From: a bacterium
Lineage (GTDB): Bacteria > Patescibacteriota > Minisyncoccia > Phycocordibacterales > UBA2100
Length of the DNA stretch: 64,000 nt
Assembly (NCBI GenBank): GCA_021781955.1
Contig: JAJXVV010000002.1
Span: 74,730-138,729, forward strand
Direction: 5' to 3'
Shown here piece by piece: positions 37,752-47,740 of this stretch (position 1 is the stretch's first letter; every line of letters begins with the position of its first letter). The notes beneath the pieces were generated by a model. The model had not been told where the DNA came from and made no database searches. It saw nothing but the letters and a program-made list of their open reading frames with translations. A program made the translations under genes and the position numbers.

Positions 37752-38141
37752 ATGTTGCTGCGCATGTGCATGGCCAAGATCCATCGAGCCACCGTCACGG
37801 AGGCCGATCTCAACTACATCGGCTCCATCACAATCGACAAGGCGCTCCTCAAGGCGAGCGGCATCAAGCCGTACCAGTACGTGCTCATCAACAATCTTTC
37901 CAACGGCGCAAGCTGGCAGACGTACGTCATCGAAGGCAAGCGCGGCGAGATTTGTCTCAATGGTCCGCCGGCACGGCTTTTCCATCCAGGCGACAAGGTC
38001 ATCATCCTCGCCGAGGCGTGGGTGGAGCCGGATGAGCTCGCAAGGAGCGAACCGACGGTCGTATTCGTCGACAGCAAGAACCGTGTTACCTCGATCAAAA
38101 AGCATCCCACCGCAGCGCAAGGCAAGCGGGAACAGAAGTAG
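37752..38141 (+). CDS. panD: aspartate 1-decarboxylase
   Basis: KIHRATVTEADLNYIGSITID with the pro-enzyme Gly-Ser cleavage site. Confidence 0.9.
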   Translation: MLLRMCMAKIHRATVTEADLNYIGSITIDKALLKASGIKPYQYVLINNLSNGASWQTYVIEGKRGEICLNGPPARLFHPGDKVIILAEAWVEPDELARSEPTVVFVDSKNRVTSIKKHPTAAQGKREQK

Positions 38142-38191
38142 GGGAACGAGCGCCGCGCCGAGCGCGTATTGTGTGGTATATTCGAGCGCAC

Positions 38192-38286
38192 GGAGGGTTC
38201 GCATAGTGGTCTAGTGCGCCGCTTTGGAGAAGCGGTATACCGCAAGGTATCGAGGGTTCGAATCCCTCACCCTCCGCTCGTAGTAT
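38192..38286 (+). tRNA. tRNA-Ser (GGA), class II with long variable arm
   Basis: Acceptor ggagggt/accctcc. Anticodon stem ccgct/agcgg with loop ttGGAga. T-loop ggttcgaatcc. Confidence 0.8.
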
Positions 38287-38295
38287 CGGTTATCG

Positions 38296-38326
38296 GGCTT
38301 ATGTCGAGCCCTTGTTTTTAGCCATT
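38296..38326 (+). terminator. rho-independent terminator
   Basis: gggct-tatgtcg-agccc followed by ttgttttta. Confidence 0.55.
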
Positions 38327-38493
38327 TTGTAATTTGGTTCGAATCCCTTTACGGCCGCCCGAAGACTTTTGTATCGGACAGACCCGAAGGCCTTATTCTA
38401 GGCCATTATTACGCAGCACAATTTCAAGAAATCTAGTCTACCGCGAAGGGTAGTGGAGATTGCGAAATCCGATCCAAACGGATAGCGCGGGCT

Positions 38494-38522
38494 TTTTGTG
38501 ATGACGGACGCTGCGGTATAAT
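38494..38522 (+). promoter_or_regulatory. promoter with TATAAT -10 about 7 nt before the PAP2 ATG (leaderless-type)
   Basis: tttttgtga ... ggTATAATctcgacATG, with TATAAT at 38517-38522. Confidence 0.4.
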
Positions 38523-38528
38523 CTCGAC

Positions 38529-38987
38529 ATGAACGCCCTCTTCATCTTCTTGGCCCAATACCTTTTCATACTGCCGATCATTGTCCTCGGCGTATACTTT
38601 CTTTCGCGAAAATGGCCCGCGCAAAAACGGATGGCGCTTTTCGCGGTCCCGGCAGGACTTCTGACCTACGTTCTCGGCCTCATCGGCAACTATTCCTACT
38701 ACGATCCTCGGCCATTCGTAGTCGGGCACTTTACGCCGCTCATCGCGCACGCCGCGGATAACGGGTTCCCCTCGGACCACACGCTCCTCGTCTCTTCGCT
38801 TGCGGCGGTCGGCATGTACTGGAACAAGTGGCTCGGCATCACATTGTGGGCTATCGCGATCCTTGTCGCGGTATCGCGCGTGTATGTCGGGCTGCATCAT
38901 CCGCTCGATGTGATCGCAAGTATGGTGTTCGCGATAATCGCGACGGCGTTGTGGCGTATATCATGGCGAAGAGAACAGGTACGGTAG
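38529..38987 (+). CDS. PAP2-family phosphatase (undecaprenyl-diphosphatase-like)
   Basis: PSDH and SRVYVGLHHPLDV motifs with TM helices. Confidence 0.75.
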   Translation: MNALFIFLAQYLFILPIIVLGVYFLSRKWPAQKRMALFAVPAGLLTYVLGLIGNYSYYDPRPFVVGHFTPLIAHAADNGFPSDHTLLVSSLAAVGMYWNKWLGITLWAIAILVAVSRVYVGLHHPLDVIASMVFAIIATALWRISWRREQVR

Positions 38988-39124
38988 CCGAACCACAAGC
39001 GTTCATCGCGAGAGGCGTTACCGATCGCAATGCTCTCGTGAAGGCGTTCAATCTGGCCACGGTCAACGACTACGATAGGGCAGGTGATTGACATGGAGTC
39101 AAGTATGAGCTATAGTGGCTCCGT

Positions 39125-39757
39125 ATGAATATGAACGCAAAAAGGGGTCTTATCACCTTATCCATAGCTCTGTTCACGGCGATGCCGGTACTCGCGTTCG
39201 CTCAAGTGGATAACGAAGGCGCTGAAGGTAACTGCAATGACGAGATGTCGGAGTCGATGGGGTGCGGGAATTCGAGCTCAGGTTCCTACGTCGCGCCGTC
39301 CGCCTATTCCTACGCATCGCCTTCGACCTCCTATGCGCCGTCGAGCTACCACTCGGCTTCAGCGTATCCTTCTACCTCGTACACGCCAACGTATCAGACC
39401 TACCGGCCGTCGTATCAGACGTATCAGCCGACCTCATACTCGAGTTACGGAACACCCGCGTCATATTCGTCTTATCCGTACACGACCGGTAGCTACCAAA
39501 TCCAAGGCCAAACTCATGGCCAGTACGGGATACCGACGTCGTACCAGCCGTCGTACTACGGAACATCGATGAATGCAGCTCCGATAGTGACACCGCAGTA
39601 CTATCTTACGCAGCCGCCCAGCACGCGGTCGGTTCCGACCGGTACCTATTCGGGCGGACAACAGTTGTGCCAGTGGTCCGACTATCCGACCCCCACATCT
39701 TGCGGCAGCGATCCACAGCAATGGCTCTACGACCCGTACTCGGGCCAGTGGTACTAG
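39125..39757 (+). CDS. secreted S/Y/T/P-rich low-complexity protein
   Basis: Signal peptide. SYxxPS/TSY repeats. Confidence 0.55.
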   Translation: MNMNAKRGLITLSIALFTAMPVLAFAQVDNEGAEGNCNDEMSESMGCGNSSSGSYVAPSAYSYASPSTSYAPSSYHSASAYPSTSYTPTYQTYRPSYQTYQPTSYSSYGTPASYSSYPYTTGSYQIQGQTHGQYGIPTSYQPSYYGTSMNAAPIVTPQYYLTQPPSTRSVPTGTYSGGQQLCQWSDYPTPTSCGSDPQQWLYDPYSGQWY

Positions 39758-39871
39758 ACCGAGGTTTGATAGCAGCTTCAGTGAAAGATTGCCCACGATA
39801 GAAGTGTAAGAAAGATACCTCACCCCCGTCATTGGGGGCGGGAGTGGTTATCAGTTGCCAATTTTTTTACT

Positions 39872-40534
39872 ATGTTGAAGAAAAGTATCGCAGTAGTAGG
39901 GGTCATTAGCATGCTCGCCATGGCGGGCGTGGCGTTCGCGCAGTCCACGACGACCGGCACCCCGGCATCCCAGCCGATGGTGCTCGACGTGAACGCCTCG
40001 GGCAAGGTACTCTTGCGCGGCACGGTCAGCGCGGTCTCCGCGACCTCAATCACGGTTAATAGCTACGGCGGCGCCTGGACGATCAACGTCCCGGCTTCGG
40101 CGCAGGTTTTGCCGCAGGGTATCGCGCTCTCGAGCTTCGCGCAGGGCGACTTCGTGGGCGTGCAGGGCACCATCGATTCGAGCGCCGGCTGGACCGTCGA
40201 CGCGACCTTGGTACGCGACTGGACGCAGCGCCAGGCTATCAGCCAGCAGGTGCAGCAGAACGTTCGGAACATCAGGGCGACCGTTCAGTCGGGCCCGCGC
40301 AACTACGCCGGTACCCTGAGCAATCTCTCGGGTGGGGCGTTCACGCTCACGACCTCCGCAGGCGCGACGTACTCCGTCTCGCTCACCAGCAACGCCGAGA
40401 TAGTGCAGAAGAACTACCGCACGCTCCCTCTCTCGCAGGTGCAGAACGGCGACTCGGTGCGCGCGTGGGGCACGGCGGCGAGCTCCTCCATCACGGCATC
40501 CGTGTTCCGCGATCTATCCATTCCGCGACAATAG
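39872..40534 (+). CDS. secreted hypothetical protein
   Basis: Signal peptide MLKKSIAVVGVISMLAMAGVAFAQ. Possible internal repeat. Confidence 0.55.
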   Translation: MLKKSIAVVGVISMLAMAGVAFAQSTTTGTPASQPMVLDVNASGKVLLRGTVSAVSATSITVNSYGGAWTINVPASAQVLPQGIALSSFAQGDFVGVQGTIDSSAGWTVDATLVRDWTQRQAISQQVQQNVRNIRATVQSGPRNYAGTLSNLSGGAFTLTTSAGATYSVSLTSNAEIVQKNYRTLPLSQVQNGDSVRAWGTAASSSITASVFRDLSIPRQ

Positions 40535-40600
40535 CGCGGTCGGTCGTATGAAGAAAACCGCCCCGGCTGAAAAGCTGAGGCGGTTTTCGCGTGCACGCTA

Positions 40601-41503
40601 TCAGGGGAATCGCTTCGCGAACGCTGCGGTCGTCGTCGGCGCGTTGATGGCGCTCAGTTCGTAGAGGTGGTCGGACGATTGCGTGGCGCCGCTCCAGTAA
40701 TCGCCGCGCGCGCTCAGAAAACCGGCCTGCTTCACGAGCGCGATGATGTCCGCGTTGTACTGTCCGAAGGGGTAGGCGAACTCCGTGATCGGCACGTTGA
40801 GTTTTTGCTCGAGCAGCGTCTTGCTGCCGTCAATCTCTCCCCAGAGCTTTTTCGGGTCGGTTATCTTGGTGAGGAATGGGTGCGATATCGAGTGGTCGCC
40901 AATCGTCATGCCGGAAGCGACGACTTCTTGCAATTCGCTCCAGCTGAAAAAGCCGCGATGGCCGACCGCGTTGGTGAAGATGAAGAAGGTCGCCGTCATG
41001 CGATGCGCCTTGAGGATGGGGAAAGCGTACTCGTATTGATCGTGCCAACCGTCGTCGAGCGAGATGATGATGGGATTCGTCGGCAGGGGGGTCGAGGATG
41101 CGAAATAGAGCTCGAGGTCGTGAAAGCCGATCACATGGTAGCCGGAGTTTTGCAGGTGCGACAGTTCCGCGTCGAAGATTTCCGGCGTCATCGCGATCGC
41201 GCGTACGGCAGCGCTGTCATCGGGGTAACTCGGACGGACGATGTGATAGACGAGAATCGGGACGACGACCGTTTTCGTCGAGCTCGCCGATGGCTGCGGC
41301 GCGGGGCCGGTGGGCTCTTCGGCGTACTCGCTCTCGTTCGGCGCGCCAAAATCGATCAGGTGGTACGGACCCAGGCGATCGAGCAGAATGAGCGCACTGA
41401 ACGAGAGCGCGAGGATGCCGAGCATGATCATGTATGTTCTCGCGCGCATATCGATACCGTATCCTACCGTATGAATGGCTCGACGCATACTTGCCGCCCG
41501 CAC
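40601..41503 (-). CDS. polysaccharide deacetylase (NodB/CE4)
   Basis: LDDGWHDQ and HSISHP motifs. N-terminal TM. Confidence 0.8.
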   Translation of the reverse strand: MRAASMRRAIHTVGYGIDMRARTYMIMLGILALSFSALILLDRLGPYHLIDFGAPNESEYAEEPTGPAPQPSASSTKTVVVPILVYHIVRPSYPDDSAAVRAIAMTPEIFDAELSHLQNSGYHVIGFHDLELYFASSTPLPTNPIIISLDDGWHDQYEYAFPILKAHRMTATFFIFTNAVGHRGFFSWSELQEVVASGMTIGDHSISHPFLTKITDPKKLWGEIDGSKTLLEQKLNVPITEFAYPFGQYNADIIALVKQAGFLSARGDYWSGATQSSDHLYELSAINAPTTTAAFAKRFP

Positions 41504-41520
41504 CGTTTATACTGTCCTAT

Positions 41521-41793
41521 ATGCAAGAGGTATTGGTGGGCGTGTTTGGCCGGGTGCAGATGGTCATGTTCCGCGATTTCGCGCAGCGCAAGGCGCGCAA
41601 ACTCAAGCTCGTGGGGTATGTCCGCAATTTGCGGGACGGTTCCGTGGAAGTGCTCGCGCAGGGCGAGAAGGTGATCCTTGAGCGTTATCTCGAGAAGCTG
41701 CACAAAGGCCCGATCCTGGCGCACGTGGAGCGCGTTGAGGTGATTTGGCGCGATCCGACCGCTCGATACGACGCATTCACGCTCATTCGTTGA
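41521..41793 (+). CDS. acyP: acylphosphatase
   Basis: VFGRVQMVMFR and GYVRNLRDGSVEV. Start trimmed to ATG 41521. Confidence 0.8.
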   Translation: MQEVLVGVFGRVQMVMFRDFAQRKARKLKLVGYVRNLRDGSVEVLAQGEKVILERYLEKLHKGPILAHVERVEVIWRDPTARYDAFTLIR

Positions 41794-41796
41794 GCT

Positions 41797-42498
41797 TCAC
41801 GCCCCAGCGCGCCGCGCACGCGAGGCGAGGTCCTCGAACGCTTCCTTCAGGTGGTCGACGGTGAACGCCGGCCACAGCACGTTGGAGAATATGAGCTGCG
41901 TGCCGCGCATCTGCCAAGGCAAGAGCAGGTCCGACCAGTGCGGATCACCCTCGACGCCCGTGCGGATGAGGAGGTCAACGTCGGGTACGTGCGCGGTCCA
42001 CAGGTGCGCGCGTATCGAGGCTTCGTCGATGGCGCCGTCGCGCGCCGCCTCCTGGGCGGCGCGCACCAGTTCGGTCGTTCCGCTGTAGCCGAAGAGCACG
42101 GTAAATGTCTGCGTATGAGCTTTGTTGCGCGCGGCAGCTTGGCGCGACAGTTCGATCAGATCGGCATCATCGGTGAAGTCGCGCCACGCGCCGCAGAGAT
42201 GGAAGTCGGCGCTTTCGTCGGGACGTGACGCCTGGTAGCGCAGCTCTTCCTTGAGCAGTTTGAAAAGATTCTCAACCTCCTGCGCAGAGCGCTTGCGCAG
42301 ATTGGACTCCGAGGCGGCCCACAGCACGACGTGCTCGACGCCGAACCGGAGTGCGGCTTCTGCTATCGTGCGGGCGTTCCTGAGCCCCGTGACATGCCCC
42401 TGCACGACGGGATACCCATGCTGCCGCGCCCACCGTCGATTGCCGTCGGGGATGATGACGAGGCATCGCGGAACGGCTGCGGTACCGCGTGCGCTCAT
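41797..42498 (-). CDS. uppS: undecaprenyl-diphosphate synthase
   Basis: IIPDGNRRWA and the cis-IPPS pattern. Confidence 0.9.
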   Translation of the reverse strand: MSARGTAAVPRCLVIIPDGNRRWARQHGYPVVQGHVTGLRNARTIAEAALRFGVEHVVLWAASESNLRKRSAQEVENLFKLLKEELRYQASRPDESADFHLCGAWRDFTDDADLIELSRQAAARNKAHTQTFTVLFGYSGTTELVRAAQEAARDGAIDEASIRAHLWTAHVPDVDLLIRTGVEGDPHWSDLLLPWQMRGTQLIFSNVLWPAFTVDHLKEAFEDLASRARRAGA

Positions 42499-43637
42499 AC
42501 GTCATCGGCAGCGCTGTGCGTGTGCGCGTGCAGCCCGTCCGCGCCGCCCGTGCCCCGCAGGTGTTCGAGCGTGTACGTCGCGATGAAGGTCGTGATCGGG
42601 ACGCCGAGGACGAGCCCGATTGAGCCGATGAGGATGCGCACGAGCTCGGTCGCGAATATCTCGTTGTTGATCGTATAGGCGATGCCGTATGTCGCGCTCG
42701 AGACCACGAGAAGGAGCGGGAGCGCCGCGCCTACGTAGGCGATGGCGAGCGTGTTGACGAGAGCCCCGATGTGCTCGCGGCCGATACGTATCGCTCGACG
42801 GTACACGTGCGCCCGGGTCATGTGCGATCCGGCGCGGTAGAGCTCCTCGACCGCGATGGCCTGACCGATAGCGATATCATAGAGCACGCCCAAGAGACCG
42901 ATCATGATGCCGCCGAAGAGGAGCGCGACGAGGTCGATCGTGCCGTGCGTGTTAAAGTTGAGGTACACGTCTTCCTCGCTGTTGTAACCGCTCAACTGCG
43001 CGGCGTGCACGGCCCAGTAGGCGAGCGCGCCCGTCACGAGCACGGTGCCGAGCATGCCGAGCACGGCGGCGCTCGTCGTTTTGTTGAAGCCGTGCGTGAT
43101 GTACGAGCCGACGATAATGATGAGCGCGGTCGTACCGACGGTGATCCACAGCACTGGATAGCCGCCGAGTATGCCGGGTACGAGCACGTAAAAAATAAGT
43201 ACGAGGCTGCCGAGGAGCGAAACGAAGCCGCGCACCCCCTGCAAGCCGCCGAAGACGACGACGAGCACGAGGAAGGCGACCGCGAGCGCTTCGAGGATGT
43301 TGAGCCGGTAGGGATCGGAGACCGTATAGTAGTCGGTGCCATCGAGCGCATTGCTCGTGTGCCGCAAGTAGAACGTGTCGCCGACCTTGAGTTGCGTGTA
43401 GTCGTTCTCGAACGTCACGCTCTGTCCTTTCTCCGCGCCGTCGAGCACCGTCGCGGTGAGTATCTGCGACTCCTCTTGTGTACCGGTGCCAGCGATCTCG
43501 GTCGAGGTCGCCGCCGATGCGGCGGTGACCTGCGCGAGCTCTATCGTCTGCGTGTCGGGCGTCACCTGTGCCTGTGCAGCGGCGAAGGCAGGGAGCGCCA
43601 ACACGGGGATGGCGAAGAGGAATAGCAGGTTCCGCAT
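42495..43637 (-). CDS. YibE/F-family membrane protein
   Basis: Signal peptide, then a polytopic YibE/F-like core. Confidence 0.7.
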   Translation of the reverse strand: MRNLLFLFAIPVLALPAFAAAQAQVTPDTQTIELAQVTAASAATSTEIAGTGTQEESQILTATVLDGAEKGQSVTFENDYTQLKVGDTFYLRHTSNALDGTDYYTVSDPYRLNILEALAVAFLVLVVVFGGLQGVRGFVSLLGSLVLIFYVLVPGILGGYPVLWITVGTTALIIIVGSYITHGFNKTTSAAVLGMLGTVLVTGALAYWAVHAAQLSGYNSEEDVYLNFNTHGTIDLVALLFGGIMIGLLGVLYDIAIGQAIAVEELYRAGSHMTRAHVYRRAIRIGREHIGALVNTLAIAYVGAALPLLLVVSSATYGIAYTINNEIFATELVRILIGSIGLVLGVPITTFIATYTLEHLRGTGGADGLHAHTHSAADDV

Positions 43638-43712
43638 CTGGATAGTATACGCTGTCGCGTGATACCATAAAACTATGGGTCATCGTTACCAGCAAGCTTT
43701 TAGCGTTACCGT

Positions 43713-43880
43713 ATGAGAAAACAAATGCTCCGCGAGATCGCGGGATTTGCCTCGGGGCTCGTCGCGGCCGATTTTTTGTGCGGCTGGTGGCTCTCGTGGA
43801 TCGCGATGGCCGCTCCCGCGTGCCTCTCATACGTGAGTTTTCACCCGGCGCTTTTTTCCTCGCCGCCCCGCCGCAGCTAG
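43713..43880 (+). CDS. possible small hydrophobic leader peptide upstream of the P-type ATPase
   Basis: 55-aa ORF MRKQMLREIAGFASGLVAADFLCGWWLSWIAMAAP... Weak. Confidence 0.2.
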   Translation: MRKQMLREIAGFASGLVAADFLCGWWLSWIAMAAPACLSYVSFHPALFSSPPRRS

Positions 43881-43886
43881 CAAGGT

Positions 43887-46250
43887 ATGCCGCAGGGACT
43901 CACGACCGGCTCGGCAGAGGCGTACATCGTTGCGCACGGCTATAACGAGATAGTTGAACGGAAACAGTCGCTCCTCACGAAGCTGGCGAAGCGTGCCGTC
44001 TCGCCGATCAGCCTCATGCTCCTCTTGGCGGCCGACCTTTCGTATTGGAGCGGCAAAGACTTCGACGCAGGGTTCATCCTCGCGCTGCTCGTCGTCAACA
44101 TCGGCGTCACTATTTTGCAGGAGCGCAAGGCAGATACCGCGATCGAGAAACTCAACGAACATCTCGCGACGACGGTGAAGACCATGCGCGATGGCGCGTG
44201 GAAAAAGCTCCCGTCGCGCCTGCTGGTGCCGCACGATGTCATCGAGCTGCGCTCGGGCGACGTCGTGCCTGCCGACGCGCTCGTGCGCGAAGCCAATCGC
44301 GCTTCGGCAAACGAGGCCGCGCTCACCGGCGAGTCGCTGCCCAAGGAAAAAGGGCAGGGAGACACGCTCTACTCCGGTTCGTTCGTCGCGTCCGGTATTA
44401 TCACGGCCGAGGTGTCGGCGACCGGCAGCGGCACGTACTTCGGTTCGACCGTCGCCAAGGTCGACGCGCGCGAGAAGCGCAGCTCGCTCGAGCGCGAGAT
44501 GCTCCGCATTTCGCAGTTCCTTTCGGTGCTCGCGATGCTCGCCGTGCTGCTCCTTTCCGTTATCCTGTACGCCGCGCACGCGCCTTTCGTCGAGATAGTG
44601 CGGCTCGATCTCTCGCTCGTTATTGCGGGCATTCCCATCGACTTGCCGACCGTGATGACGCTCATTATCGCCTTCGGCGTCGTTGCGCTCGCGCGCAAGG
44701 GCGCGATCGTCCGGCGCCTCGCCTCGCTCGAAGAGCTCGCCAATACCGACTACCTGCTTACCGACAAGACCGGCACGCTCACCGAGAATAAAATAGCCAT
44801 CCAGAACGTCATTGTGTACGCGCAGGCTGCGGAAAACGATGTCATGCGCCTCGCGGGGATCGTCGCGCAACATGAGGCGGATTTCGCGCTCGACAAGGCG
44901 ATACTCGAGCGTGCCGGTGCGATACCGCAGTCCCTTTCGTTCATACCGTCGGACTCTACGCGGAAACGCGCGACCGCGAGCTACGAAGAGAGCGGCCGCA
45001 TCGTCACGCTCTCGCTCGGCGCACCGCAAGTGATCGCGGGTTTATGCGCGCTTTCGCCCGAGGCGAAAGCGCGCTTTGACGTTGACGTGTCCAACCTCGC
45101 CGAGGGTGGCTATCGCGCGCTCGCGCTCGCGCGAGCGGGCGGCGAGCGTGAAGAGGGAATGGAACTCGTCGCAGTTTTCGCACTTTCCGACACGCTGCGC
45201 GCCGATGCGGGCGACGTCGTGCGGTTCTTGGAGGAGAATGGCGTTGGTGTCACGATGAACACCGGCGACAACCGCGCCATCGCACGCGAGATCGCGGAGA
45301 AGCTCAACGTTCGCGGTTCGCGCATCATTACGTCGCAAGATAAGCCAGCGCAAGGCTGGAGCGGGCTCGCCAAGGATGATTTTCGCGACGCGCGTTCTTT
45401 TGCCGAGATATTGCCTGAGGACAAGTACGAACTGGTACGTTCGGCGGAACGTTTTTACACGGTCGCCGTGAACGGCGACGGCGTCAACGACCTGCCAGCC
45501 GTGAAGGCGGCAGATGTCGGTTTCGCGGTCAAGGAGGCCGTTGATGCGCTGAAAGGCGCCGCTGATATCGTGCTCCTCACGGACGGTATCGCGGTCATGC
45601 GCGACGCCTTCATCGAAGGTCGCAAGATATTCATGCGTCTTTACACGTACTCGGTGTATCGCATTTCGGAGAGCTTCCGGCTCATTGTGACGATCGCGTT
45701 CCTCGGCTTTTTCTCGGGCACGTACCCGCTCTCGCCGCTACAGCTCATCCTCATCGCGATATTGAACGACCTGCCCATCATCTCGCTCGCAGGCAATCGT
45801 GTGAAAGTGGCGAACCGTCCGGCGCGGCTGAACGTGATCCGGCAGTTCGGGTCGAGCACGCTCTTCGGTCTTGTCGGTGTCGTCAACAGCTTGCTCCTCT
45901 ACTTCCTGGCGCTCAACTTCTTGCGCCTGCCGCTTTCGGTGGTGCAGACGCTCTTTTTCCTCAAGCTCACCATTTCCGGGCACATGCTCATCTATGTTGC
46001 ACACACCGAGGAGCGCTGGTGGCGCTATCTGCCGAGTTCGGCCGTCATCATCGCGACCTCGGCGACACAGGCCATCGCGACTCTCTTCGCGATAACGGGA
46101 TGGCTCATGCCCGCGCCGATATCCTGGCCGCTCGCGGTCTTCGTGTGGGCGTGGGCGTTCTTCTTCATGCAGATCACCGAAGCCACCAAGCTTGCGCGCG
46201 AGCGCCTCTCCGCACCGTCGACTCCGACCACTCAACCCGCGACTGTCTAG
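43887..46250 (+). CDS. P-type cation-transporting ATPase (P2/P3-like)
   Basis: DKTGTLT, TGES and VNGDGVNDLPAVKAADVGFAV motifs. Confidence 0.9.
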   Translation: MPQGLTTGSAEAYIVAHGYNEIVERKQSLLTKLAKRAVSPISLMLLLAADLSYWSGKDFDAGFILALLVVNIGVTILQERKADTAIEKLNEHLATTVKTMRDGAWKKLPSRLLVPHDVIELRSGDVVPADALVREANRASANEAALTGESLPKEKGQGDTLYSGSFVASGIITAEVSATGSGTYFGSTVAKVDAREKRSSLEREMLRISQFLSVLAMLAVLLLSVILYAAHAPFVEIVRLDLSLVIAGIPIDLPTVMTLIIAFGVVALARKGAIVRRLASLEELANTDYLLTDKTGTLTENKIAIQNVIVYAQAAENDVMRLAGIVAQHEADFALDKAILERAGAIPQSLSFIPSDSTRKRATASYEESGRIVTLSLGAPQVIAGLCALSPEAKARFDVDVSNLAEGGYRALALARAGGEREEGMELVAVFALSDTLRADAGDVVRFLEENGVGVTMNTGDNRAIAREIAEKLNVRGSRIITSQDKPAQGWSGLAKDDFRDARSFAEILPEDKYELVRSAERFYTVAVNGDGVNDLPAVKAADVGFAVKEAVDALKGAADIVLLTDGIAVMRDAFIEGRKIFMRLYTYSVYRISESFRLIVTIAFLGFFSGTYPLSPLQLILIAILNDLPIISLAGNRVKVANRPARLNVIRQFGSSTLFGLVGVVNSLLLYFLALNFLRLPLSVVQTLFFLKLTISGHMLIYVAHTEERWWRYLPSSAVIIATSATQAIATLFAITGWLMPAPISWPLAVFVWAWAFFFMQITEATKLARERLSAPSTPTTQPATV

Positions 46251-46253
46251 CGG

Positions 46254-46358
46254 TTATCCACAGCGAGGTACAGAGGACCGTCCTCTGGGGGAAGAGTCAG
46301 TACGTTTCGTCGAAGGTGAATTATCCACAGATTTGTACAGAGGACCGTCCTCTGGGGA
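46254..46358 (+). repeat. tandem pair of units: DnaA-box-like TTATCCACA plus palindromic repeat
   Basis: Unit 1 at 46254-46291 and unit 2 at 46321-46358: ttatccacag-N7-taCAGAGGACCGTCCTCTGgggg. Confidence 0.85.
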
Positions 46359-46429
46359 GCGCGCGTTCGAATGACCTGTGCACATGAGCGCCTGGACGCG
46401 CACTCGCGCGCGGCTATGATAGAGGGACT

Positions 46430-46897
46430 ATGACGCTGATAGGCATCGCTCCGATCATCGCCGCAGGTATCGCGTCGGTCGTTCTCGCGTGGTTGTGGTA
46501 CGCGCCGTTCGTGTTCGGCGGCATCTGGATGCGCGCGGCCAATGTCACGCCGGAAATGGCGGAAAAGGGGAAGAAGCGCATGCACCTCAACTCGCTCGTC
46601 GCGCTCGTGGGCAGCATGCTCATCGCGTGGGTGATGGGATACGTCGGGACGCTCCTCAACGTGTACGACTGGTTCGGCGCGATCGAACTCGGCTTTTGGT
46701 GCTGGCTCGGCTTCACTGCCGCCCCGATGCTCGGCCTGGTGCTGTGGGAGCAGCGGCCGTTGCGGTACTACTTCATCGTCGCTGGGTACTGGCTCGTTGC
46801 GTTCATCGTGATGGCGCTCGTTTTGGTCGTTGGCACGCAGCTCATGTCCGGAGGCTTCTCGCAGTACGAGACCGGCGTGGTCACGACGTCGTCTTAG
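46430..46897 (+). CDS. DUF1761-like membrane protein
   Basis: Four TM helices with WYAPFVFGGIWM. Confidence 0.55.
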   Translation: MTLIGIAPIIAAGIASVVLAWLWYAPFVFGGIWMRAANVTPEMAEKGKKRMHLNSLVALVGSMLIAWVMGYVGTLLNVYDWFGAIELGFWCWLGFTAAPMLGLVLWEQRPLRYYFIVAGYWLVAFIVMALVLVVGTQLMSGGFSQYETGVVTTSS

Positions 46898-46910
46898 GCG
46901 GCTTCCTTCT

Positions 46911-47381
46911 ATGCGTACCCTCCGCGCGATCGCGTTCTATTCGGTGCTCGTGCTTGTCGTGGTCGGCTCGTTCGTCGGATGGTGGATATCATTGTCGCCA
47001 CTGCGCTCGAGCGGCGGGCTTTCGGGCGGCCTGCAAGAGGTCACGCTCGACGGGCAGCTCATCCATGTGACGGTCGCCGATACGCCGGCGGCACGCGCGC
47101 AAGGCCTCGGTGGTCGCGGTGGTTTGGCCTACGACGAAGGCATGCTCTTCGTCTTCGATCAGGACGGCAAGTATTCCTTTTGGATGAAGGACATGTTCTT
47201 CTCGATCGACATGCTCTGGCTCGACGCGGATGGCCGCATCGTCTACATGGCGCAGAGCGTATCGCCGCAAACATACCCGGAAACCTTTACGCCCGACACG
47301 CCTGCGCGCTATGTGCTTGAATTGCCAGCCGGCTACGCGGCGGCAAATCACGTACAGGTAGGCGATCAAGTGCAAATGTAG
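46911..47381 (+). CDS. DUF192 (COG1430) protein
   Basis: Signal peptide; GMLFVFD...FWMKDMFFSIDMLWLDADGRIV. Confidence 0.65.
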   Translation: MRTLRAIAFYSVLVLVVVGSFVGWWISLSPLRSSGGLSGGLQEVTLDGQLIHVTVADTPAARAQGLGGRGGLAYDEGMLFVFDQDGKYSFWMKDMFFSIDMLWLDADGRIVYMAQSVSPQTYPETFTPDTPARYVLELPAGYAAANHVQVGDQVQM

Positions 47382-47401
47382 GCTTTTCATGGCATAATGC
47401 G

Positions 47402-47738
47402 CGCCTGCGTTAGGCAGTCGCTCCGACCTGGCGTCGGAGAGGAAAGTCCGGACACGCACTTCGACGCTCGTCGGAGTAGCAGGGTAGCGGGTAACGCCCG
47501 CCTGGGTGATCCAAGGGATGCGAACAGAGACGCCCGAGCCGAGAGGCAAGGGACTCCGCGAGGAGTAGCTCATGCGGGAACGCATGAGGTGCAACGGCAA
47601 AATTCCTACCCGCGTGCAAGGCCGTGTCCAGCTGTCATTCTCAATTGAAATGACCGCTGGAAGTGCCGCTCGAGGTGAACGGCGACGTTCATCCCAGATA
47701 AATGATTGCCCTCGACAGAATCCGGCTTACAAATGCAG
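47402..47738 (+). ncRNA. rnpB: RNase P RNA, bacterial type A
   Basis: GAGGAAAGUCCGGAC, AGGGUAGCGGGUAACGCCCGCCUGGG and ACAGAAUCCGGCUUA. -10 cataat at 47392-47397. Confidence 0.8.
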
Positions 47739-47740
47739 AT

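Noticed and set aside
38333-38360. Second (pseudo-)tRNA gene downstream of tRNA-Ser
   Set aside because: Only the T-loop word is present. No acceptor, D or anticodon arms can be formed.
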